A stretch of 63,389 nucleotides of DNA, the filler included, from Choristocarpus tenellus KU-1152 (taxonomy: Eukaryota > Protista > Phaeophyceae), in the NCBI GenBank assembly GCA_964200185.2. It is 9 parts of 9 records of this genome, joined end to end, with 100 filler letters (N's around TTAATTAATTAA, not from the genome) between each part and the next. Parts side by side here need not be neighbours in the genome. Positions count along the whole stretch, not along the records: positions 47,602 to 56,734 come from CAXNAD020003957.1; positions 56,835 to 63,389 come from CAXNAD020007878.1; 7 more parts are not named here. One strand, 5' to 3'. Each line of letters opens with the position of its first letter. Position 1 is the first letter of the stretch. This document shows positions 54,550-63,389 of this stretch, piece after piece. The translations under genes were made by a program, and so were the position numbers. Below the pieces are notes generated by a model. It searched no databases. It saw only the letters and a program-made list of their open reading frames with translations, and was not told the origin of the DNA.

Positions 54550-55762
54550 ATGCAGGCCCCTGTAATGGTCCTTCCGGTGAATACCAAGCGAGAGACGGGG
54601 CGCACCGCTCAGCTTGGGAACATCACAGCTGCAAAAGCGGTGGCGAATATCATTCGCACTACTTTGGGTCCAAGGTGAGAAAAACTTGTGAGATGTGGGA
54701 AGGTTTCGTGTTTATGGTTGGTGCCATCTGCTTGACTACAACTGCATCACACTATACCTACAAACCTACTTTTCTATTGTGGGGATGCATGTCCTTTTTT
54801 GCCCTCGGTTGGAATGACTTGGTGATATTCTCTGTCCCAAGTGATTGATCAGTTGGATCCACAAGAGATATCCAGTCACATCGACGCGAGAAGCCTCAAT
54901 GTACTATAAACAACTCCTGTCGACGTCTGAGGCAACTCAATTTGGGTTTGGACAAATATATTGGAAATTCGAGATGAGTTATCGATAAGAATGTACATTA
55001 TGGAAGCATGCTAGAAAATCCTCGCTTTGAATGTTTGTGTGTCCTCGCTGTTCTGCTGGCACACACACTCCACAGTTGTTGTGATAACTATAGTTTTCAC
55101 TTGTGGTCGTATGCTGATTAGAAGTACCTATGATTCTGACACGATCTCTCAGGTCTATGCTAAAGATGCTTCTCGATCCCATGGGGGGCATAGTAATAAC
55201 CAACGATGGAAACTGCATCCTTCGGGAGGTGAGTCTCCCCTCTACGCCATAATGTATAGTCACGCGTGGAGGAGGATATGAGAGTGTACCAACCTTTCCT
55301 TGACCTCATTTTTGTGATAAAAACATAATTTTGTGATAGTTGTATGTGTCACGGCAGCTATGCTGACTGTCCGCTGGCTTTGGCAGGGCGTGCATCACAT
55401 CATTTTTCCATGTGTTACAGATTCAACTCACCTCTCCATCGTCGCTACCTACTCCCCTTGCAAGATTCACCCTCTCTGTCTTCTGCCCTGTGTTAGGATC
55501 GCTACTTGATTCACTAAAGTCCATTACCATACCTGTACTCTGCTCGTCCACTTTGTGTAATTTCCATCCGTTTTTGAATTGACTTCAAATTTCTACCAAG
55601 ATATCTCACGATGTGAGTTGCAACTGCAATGTTACTGAACTAATCCATAAACTTACTTTGGGAAGGTGGATGTGTCTCATCCTGCAGCAAAAAGCATGAT
55701 CGAACTTAGCCGGGCACAGGATGAAGAAGTCGGTGACGGCACTACTTCTGTGATCATCCTCA
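54550..55762 (+). CDS. CCT3: Chaperonin CCT/TRiC subunit gamma, 5' three exons (rest lost in linker)
   Basis: Exons 54550-54674, 55153-55228 and 55666-55762 give [99 protein letters not shown] (GDGTT ATP motif and gamma-type N-terminus). Confidence 0.96.
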
Positions 55763-56218
55763 GTGAGTCCTTAGAATAAGCTGTCATATTTGGTTTTCTT
55801 GACTGATGTATTTTTTCCCCACCCTCTGGAAGTGCTAGTGCAACAATCTACTGGTTGTCCTGCACCACTGTAGGCTCTCAAAAATCATTACTTCACACAC
55901 CCCTACCAACCCATTTATTGTTACCTTTTTTTTGGTTGCTTTTTGTTCTTGGTGTGAAAGTCACCCCCCTAAACCCTCCACAAGAAGATTGCACTGGCAC
56001 ATTTCATGTTAAAATGGCACTAGTCCAGCTATGCCTGTCGGACACCTTTCAATTGTTGGCGTTCACATTTTTTCCCCAAAACCGTAGTGTACGCTCAGCC
56101 TGTAGTTACCTAGCTAGCCTTGTTTTCCTTCTTTGATTTTGTGTGTTTTTGTTAAGATGTTGTGGAAAAGTCGTCTGTTTTCTTTAACAAGTGCTTCACT
56201 TCCCACAAATGGGAGGGT

Positions 56219-56249
56219 GGTTAGGGTTAGGGTTAGGGTGAGGGTTAGG
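56219..56249 (+). repeat. Interstitial telomere-type (TTAGGG)n; similar arrays at 57585-57609, 58922-58948, 41853-41866, 23187-23199, 27967-27982
   Basis: Directly visible hexamer arrays of 2-5 units. Confidence 0.85.
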
Positions 56250-56578
56250 CGCACATGTCATTCACATCCTTTTTTAGCGTAGCAGTCCCCCTTAGTGTCT
56301 TGGGAATACTCTTCACCGGGAATGGGCAATTGACCTGCTATTCTTTGCTTTTGTTGCCTGCCTGATTTACCTGAACGCCTTGTGAAACCTTAGTTGTTTC
56401 TGTGTAAGACATGCTTTCTTAAGACCTGGTACGTTTTTTTGCAAAGTCTGTGCTGCATACGATGTCACAATTATCAATGTGTAGTAATAATTGTAGCTCA
56501 GCCCTGATAGGGAACCTGATCAAGTATGAAATGTTTGTATGTGTGATATTGAACAGTTTAGGACTGTCAAAAACAACA

Positions 56579-56734
56579 GGGTCAAATTATCTGGGGGGGA
56601 TGGTGGCTGTCAATTTAGGGTCAATTTTTTTCATGTTGTGAGTTTTGGATGATTTGGTTCCATATGTTGGATGTATAATGAAAGTGCACTTTTCCTGGTT
56701 TGGTCTGAATAGACAATTTGGTGTCCACCCCCCC
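56579..56734. mobile_element. MITE family 2 copy truncated by linker; further ends at 18349-18368, 37077-37105, 44636-44669, 61213-61235
   Basis: GGGTCAAATTATCTGGGGGG terminus with internal similarity to 19597-19761. Confidence 0.75.
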
Positions 56735-56982
56735 NNNNNNNNNNNNNNNNNNNNNNNNNNNNNNNNNNNNNNNNNNNNTTAATTAATTAANNNNNNNNNN
56801 NNNNNNNNNNNNNNNNNNNNNNNNNNNNNNNNNNCACGAATTCTCCCCCCCCCCCCCCCCCCACCCCCTCTTCATTCACGCATTACTTGTTTTTTTTCCC
56901 CCCCCCCCCCCCCCCCCCCCTGCTCTACACTCTATACTCTATACTGCCATGCCTCCCTGTTTCGGCTTCTCCATGAAAATAC

Positions 56983-59900
56983 GGTATACTGCGCCGTGAT
57001 GTGCTTGCCTTGAAGACTCTGAAGGATGTGAAGAGAGAGACCTTTCATGTAAATGAGACCCCTGTGGCACCTGGGGAGTGCTGGTTTCGTGTTAGAGCCT
57101 TGCTCTGGGCCGCTGCTGATTTGACTTGTGGGTGCATGTGCATGTCACAAAGAAATTTCCTTGATGAAGATTACAGGAGCAGAGATTTCACAACGCCCGA
57201 AGGACGTCAGTTTTCAGTTGTAGATAAACGTCAAACTGAGTTTAATGCTAACCAAAGGAAACAACTAGATCAAGAGAGGGCAGGTGGTATAGTAAAGGAA
57301 GCTAGGTGGTTGGGTGACAACGGTGGTGGAGAGAGAGATAGGGAGCAAGGTGTGCAGGATGTACTCAGTGATGCCAATAAATACCTTGACACATGTGCAT
57401 GGAGAGTACTCCATGCTGCCTCCAGGACTGCAACGGGTGGTGATTCCTTCTTTGTGGTGCAGGTGAGCACAAAATGCAGAGTTCACCTGCAGTCCTCTTC
57501 TATAGAGCTAGGGCACTCCTGCCCTCTCTTTTTCATGACAATTTTGAGGAGAGTGGATAAAGTTCTGTGCCATATTGCGATAAGCCTAGGGAGGTTAGGG
57601 TTAGGGTTATGAGGTGGACCCTTTTGTACATTTGTTGTGGTGGACAGGAACTTTGAGAAGTGTTCAGTTTTGACTTGATACTTGCATAACCAATTGTTGA
57701 TGTATTTGTCTAAGGATGTTTTGCTCTTAACACTCACATATTTGATTGCAATTGCAATTTTTTCAGCTTGTAGACAACGGTGGACTTAGCCTGTAGACAC
57801 TAATCCTTGTTTTCGACAGGACTTATTTGGAGGAGATGGTGTCCTGATCAAACCTACCATGAACTCAACAGAGGCCATTGAGATTGTTGTCAAGGTGATC
57901 TACTCTGCTTTTTACTCTTTTCTTGGACCCCTGTTGTTTGTTTCTTCTCAAGTCAGTTAGCCAATAATACACTATAATGGTTGCTGTCTCAAATGTCAAG
58001 GACATGTTATTGTTTGATGCACCTGGGACATGAGTATCATCGCAGCATGTACCTTGTCACAATCATTCATTGTTGTGGGATGTCTGTGAAACTGGGCATC
58101 CTGGCTTGGTTTGTAGCACCAACTGATTCCTTTTTCACTTAGGGATAGGGTTAGCACTGCAAAACCTTGGTTAAGTAAGACATGAAGACATTGTGTGTGA
58201 TTGAGGCGGACTGAGCTTAAGGCAGACAAAAAGAGTGATGAAGCCCCCCAAGTTTTTGCTGTGACATTGAGTAAGGAATAGATAATGTTTAACATAGTTG
58301 TGCACCCATCACAAAAATGTTTGTTTATCTATACTTTGCTGTTGATTGGGTAGGCAGAGGCCGTGTTTGAGGGGGAGAGGGTTGCAATATGATGATAGAC
58401 ATGATGACTCTCTGTCACTGTGGTGCTTGATGAGAATTATTCGCAATGAAATAAAATAGGTGTTCAGAGTACCTACCAGTCATGTCGTGATCAATCCAAA
58501 CAAATTTGTGTAATGAGTTGTAGTGATAGTTAGGCAAGGAGCATGTGCACTATTTGAACTCCTTTCATATTTGCATTAAATTTTTCTTACAGGGTTCTTT
58601 TCAACCCTAACCTTCAATGCTTGCATATGTTGCCAGCCCTGTCTAATGCAACCCAAAAACAGTTCTTTTTTGTATAGGGCAAACTCTGATCGTCTTGCAA
58701 TTCTCATCTACCCCTGTGCTAGGACTTGGCTGTTCAGGTCACAACAGTAGATAAGTATGACATCCATCACATTGCTGATGTTGATGAGGCGGATTCAACC
58801 CCACAACCCCTGATGACTATAAACACACGGATTAAAGAGGTGATACAGTTCTTACCTTTCCAAGACACTCTTCACAAGGTTAGTTGGAATAGATTCAAGA
58901 AGGTTGAAGTATCGTAGTCCATAGGGTTAGGGTTAGGGTTAGGGCTAGAGTGTAACATGACGCTGAACCCCGGTTGGGTGAATAAATGGCAGGTTTTGTG
59001 TCCAGTTGATTCATCATTTTAAGAGAGATCGTTTTGCTGTTCTTAAGTTGCCCTACCTGGAACACCTTGAAGCACGGTCTGTGAGAGTCATTGGTCAGGT
59101 AGAGGAAAGAATTGGGAAGTGTTGAGTAATTATGAGTAGAGTAATTATGAGTAGAAAGAGTCGGGAAGTATTAAGTAATTGGGAGTAGAAAGAATTGTTT
59201 TTCATTCCTAATACTTTGTTGTGAAGCAATTGTGAATTTGCTATAGTTTTTTCAGGTGAAATGGACACCTTCAACCAGACAATGTTTCCGTCTCCTGTCC
59301 GGGTACTGTGTTGCTGTATCAGGGTACATGGCTGGTACAAGATGAGGATCTTGATGAAGAGGGACCTCCAACAAGTACATACAAAAGACCACGCCACGAG
59401 CAGAGTCAAAGGTAACAAGTTGCATTCCTCGTTCCTAATATCTCTGTAATGAATGAAAGTATCTTGGAGAGGTACGAGTTTTTTTTAAGTTTGTCCGTCT
59501 GGGGTTTTTAATGACATTTTACCTACTCCGAAATATTTTAAAGTAGGTAAAATGTATACGTTATGAAAAGTTGTGTCCAGAACAAGGATATTGACATCCC
59601 CTAACAAACATGATTGCCAAAATTACATCAAAATTACAACATAGGATATTCGCCCCCAAATGGATGCGACTCTACCCCCTAAGATACTTCAATGTGATCA
59701 TGATATTTAAAGTTTTGAGTAGTATCTTACTCATCTGAAAGTTGGTTCTACTGATCATGTGTTATACAAGCATGTGTATCTTGCAAGGGAGGAATATGTG
59801 CTGATGGATGCAGTACTGTTTTTCTCCACCTTACTGGAATGATCTGTTTTCTTTATTGGTGGATACTATATGTCACCTTCCTGAACATCTGTATTTTTGC

Positions 59901-60335
59901 TTCACATAGAAAAAATATGTATGTAGGTTGACAGGGTGACAACCTCAACCAAGGCAATGGTATCATGCACAGAAAATACTTGCAAGTAGAAGTTGCAAGT
60001 TCTTACATCAAGCTCAGTTATGTATGCGGACTGAAGTCCATTTGCTTGTAGAACTTGTGACAGAAGAATCAACGCTTGTTTTGCGGGGTAGGGTAGATAT
60101 TATTTAAGGTATGTTTGGAATTATAAGAATATCTAATAATTGCCATGGCAGGTGAGATACTAAGAGTCAACTTTCCCCAAAATGCAAGTTTGGTCTACTG
60201 TTGCTGACCTCCTCTTTGACCGAACATCTCCTTTCTCTCGTCAGGCTGTTGACGGTTTCTGCTCAAGTGCCGAACAATACAGTTGACAAGTCAGTAAGAC
60301 CTGCACCTAGTATTGAGGCAGTGGGTGCTTCTTGA
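56983..60335 (+). CDS. Hypothetical protein, 3' exons (5' boundary uncertain)
   Basis: Phase-consistent exons ~57153-57462 (..AWRVLHAASRTATGGDSFFVVQ), 57820-57894, 58723-58878, 59323-59411 and 60245-60335 (TGA). A probable further exon lies at ~56983-57077 (ALKTLKDVKRETFHVN). Confidence 0.7.
59451..59690. mobile_element. MITE family 1 copy (more diverged), intronic
   Basis: GAATGAAAGTATCTTGGAGAGGTA...CTACCCCCTAAGATACTTC with internal similarity to 34230-34488. Confidence 0.82.
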
Positions 60336-61875
60336 AAGAGAAGTATGTGGGCTAACCTTCATTGCAAAGAAGCACTCAGTACATAGAAATAGTACATATT
60401 GGCTGCATTTAAATGTTAGTGTATGTATGTTCTAGTGCAAGTGTTGGGGTTGTTACCTCACTGGTTAGGATCTGGTATTGTCTTCCTTGGCAAGATGGTC
60501 TATTGTGTTGTGTGTTATCCCTGGAAGTAGATATGGATGCATTGTGTTATCCTTCATCTTTGATCCACAAGTCTGTTGATATATCTAATTGTAGAGTTGA
60601 ACATTTTTTGAATCGTCTTGTGTGTGTAGTGTATGGAGGAACATAGTTATTTTCCTTCAGGTATAATTTGATGAGGGCACAAGGTGTATAGTATGTGTGT
60701 GTTACATTAGTGAGAGTTCCTGCCCACCTGTGTGTGTGTGCCATCTGCCAAATAACAGTGTCGGTCTCACTACCAGGCTTGCCTTGGCAACCCATGTCCA
60801 ACCCCTTAATGCCCTAACCACAATAGCATCCTGTCAAGTGCAGTACAATAGTCAACAATCCTCAAGGTGAATTTCTGGCAATTGTCAAGAGTAATAGTAC
60901 TACGTAGGGTGTGCTGTTCCATGCATGTCATGTTTGCCGCCCATTGACACTTGGGGCTGTGCAAATCACTACGTTCCATGAAAGTGTCAGTGGTGACTGG
61001 ACTGGCAAAGATGTGGCAGTGTCGCAATTGCTTGTACTCTAATACTAAGCCATACATGTCTCTTGGAAGCTAGGAACTGTTTGTAGTTATAATCATTGAC
61101 TCCTTGTGGAAGTCAGTGCAAGGGCTACGTGCAGAACAAATGAATGATATTGGTCCGTTTTATTGGTGCCCAGGGCCAGGAGGTAAAATCATAGTTTAAA
61201 TGAGGTTGCTTATGAAACCTCAACTAGTTTCGCTCACACCAGATATGAAGGAGTGTAACTTTTTACAGTATAGAGTCAAATTATCTGGGGGGGGGTGTCG
61301 GCGTCTGTTTTTCACCCCTTTTTCGATTTTCACTTTTTTGGTGATTTGGTCGCACGCGTCGGATTTGAAATGTCAGCAAAAAAAAGAGTTTGACCGAAAG
61401 GTATGGGGCAGTATCCATACGCAATCGAACGTACGAACTTCGTAGATAGTCTGCAGTATCTCTCGAAGACTCACTTAGACTTTTGAGATGCCCTCAGACT
61501 TAACTAGAGCTCAACTTCGCCACCACTTGGGGTTTGGAAATCAGTTCCTCTCCCCTGTTACCCTCCATAATTATTTGAATGGTTTGTTCATCTTCCTTCG
61601 GGACTACAGCATCAACCTGTTATCACCTTTTAAATGTGGTGTAGCAGGTTGCTCAGGGCAGATTTCAGGCACGATCTGTCTTTGAAGCTTCAAGCACTTT
61701 TCGATGTTGTTCTGCGTCTTTGTGCCTCCTAAATAGCGTACAAGACTGGTACTATGAAGCGAAAAACGTTGGTGGAAATGTCGGTAGGAAGCCAAGGTAT
61801 ACCAATAGACAATAGGAAACAAGCACTTCTGAGTTTCTTGTATTTGCCCAATACCAACCCTACGCAACAGTGATG

Positions 61876-62350
61876 TCAGCCCAACCAGCCGTACATTGCC
61901 AGATGCCCTATATTACCCAAAACATGTATGACTGTGTGCCACGCAGATGATCTCGAACGACCTGAGTAGTAAATGTAGGCGATGATTGGAAGTGTTGCTA
62001 GAAATGCCATCCCTCGTACACGTGGAGCTTTCAATATTGAGAAATGTATATCCAGGATGATTCCTAAGTGGATGAGCGCCTGCACAAGCCAGGAAGGAAT
62101 CGCAGGGGTTAGATCGGGTTGATTGTCCTTGGTTTCGCCGAAGTTCGATTTACGAAGCAAACCTCACCATATCCAGTATCCTGGCGGGGGTATACGAGTC
62201 GCGGTCCACCTCTGTCCACCAACCGTAGAAGAAAAGACTGGTGATCATGCAGATGAAGTACACATTCGCCATGTACATTGCTCCAGCCTGTCTTGCTGCA
62301 ATTATGCTAACGATGGTTAGTAAACTTGACATGAAATTCAACAGATTCAT
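61876..62350 (-). CDS. Small (128 aa) multi-pass membrane protein with CREST-like motifs, two exons
   Basis: Exon 62350-62168, an 88-nt GTGAGG...TGCAG intron, and exon 62079-61876 join in frame. The protein has about five hydrophobic segments with TSLFFY, RILDM and WHTVIH..GH. Confidence 0.7.
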
Positions 62351-63389
62351 TTCGTGTGCTGAATACAGTCCGCCAAGGGACTGAAGTGTGAGACCAGTTC
62401 TCAATCAGATTCATTCCCTCATCGCCAACCACAACGCAACGCTCAACTCTCTTCTATCTCAACCTCTAATCTCCCTACATAAAGTTCTGATTTTGATGTT
62501 GGATATAAAATTTCAACACATCACATTATCCAAGTGACGTCACCCTTCACAATACGTCAAAATTCCGAAATCATAAACTTTACGATCTTGACAACTCTTT
62601 CCAGTATTACTTCTCAGCATGAACCTCCACAACAAGGCATCAATCCCTTCCGAACAGACAAGATTTTACGGGAGGGTCAACACAGAAGTAACTACGGCGG
62701 TTTTCGTCCTAGTTACGTAGAGTAACTCGTAAAGCAACACCACTAGACCTTGAAGAAGTTGCAGAAGTTTGACTTTAGATTGTTTTGTCCGGAAGATATT
62801 ACTTCGATTACCCAGTCAAGGTGGTAACCACTACGCAATGAACACCAGTTATGCCATCCTTTAGCACAGATACGTGGGGACACTGAAAATATGTAGCGAG
62901 ACTTCATAGCAGAGCGATTCCCAGCCTAATACTAGACAAGATTCGAAGGAGGTCGAACAAGGAGTGAAAAAATGGTTGAACCTAACACGAGAGAAGTAAG
63001 TGGCACATAAGGCAATGCAATCGATCGTAGTGCAACGGTAGTTCGTAGTTAATTTAAAACGATGAATGTCTCTCTTTGCTACGGGTAAGGCTAGTTTTGT
63101 TTCTTAACTAAAGTGGATATAAAATGCACACACAATGATCACACTCGATAGGTCGAAGCAGAGGTGACAGACGACGTCGCAGAATAATGGGGGTGACAGA
63201 GAAGATCAAAACCAAGTATACACAATGTTGATATAGAGCTCTCTTTTGGTCCTGGGGTCATCATAGTGTGATGCAAAAGCAAGTAAAACAGCCTCAAGAT
63301 CACTACAGAAGAGGAACCTGTTGAACTATCCCACACTGGACCTGCGGCTTTTATAGTGCTTTAATGAAGGACAAAGAACAGCTTGGTAT

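Overview
Eukaryotic nuclear DNA: intron-rich, with GT-AG introns, TTAGGG telomere-type motifs, and a bipartite signal+transit plastid presequence. It is most consistent with a photosynthetic stramenopile (brown alga or close ochrophyte relative; inference). The window is nine contigs joined by eight artificial 100-nt N/TTAATTAATTAA/N linkers. Genes cut at a linker do not resume beyond it, so cross-gap adjacency is unreliable. Hand-spliced genes: a WD40-repeat protein, the 5' part of a PaO/Tic55-like Rieske oxygenase, a CBP3/UQCC1-like fragment, a PAPS-dependent sulfotransferase, a PHD+AP2 protein, a plastid-targeted first exon, complete ubiquitin-eL40 (UBA52) head-to-head with the 5' part of CCT3, a hypothetical protein, and a small two-exon CREST-like membrane protein. 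Repeats include several decayed retrotransposon remnants, one with an RS-rich/CCCH-finger ORF1 plus a retropepsin. There are also two related TIR MITE families sharing AAAGTATCT-containing termini, a stem-loop+(TAA)n SINE/LINE-tail family, and microsatellites. I found no prokaryote-type multi-gene system or CRISPR array. The most novel-looking items are the CCCH-gag retroelement, the MITE pair and the minimal CREST-like gene.
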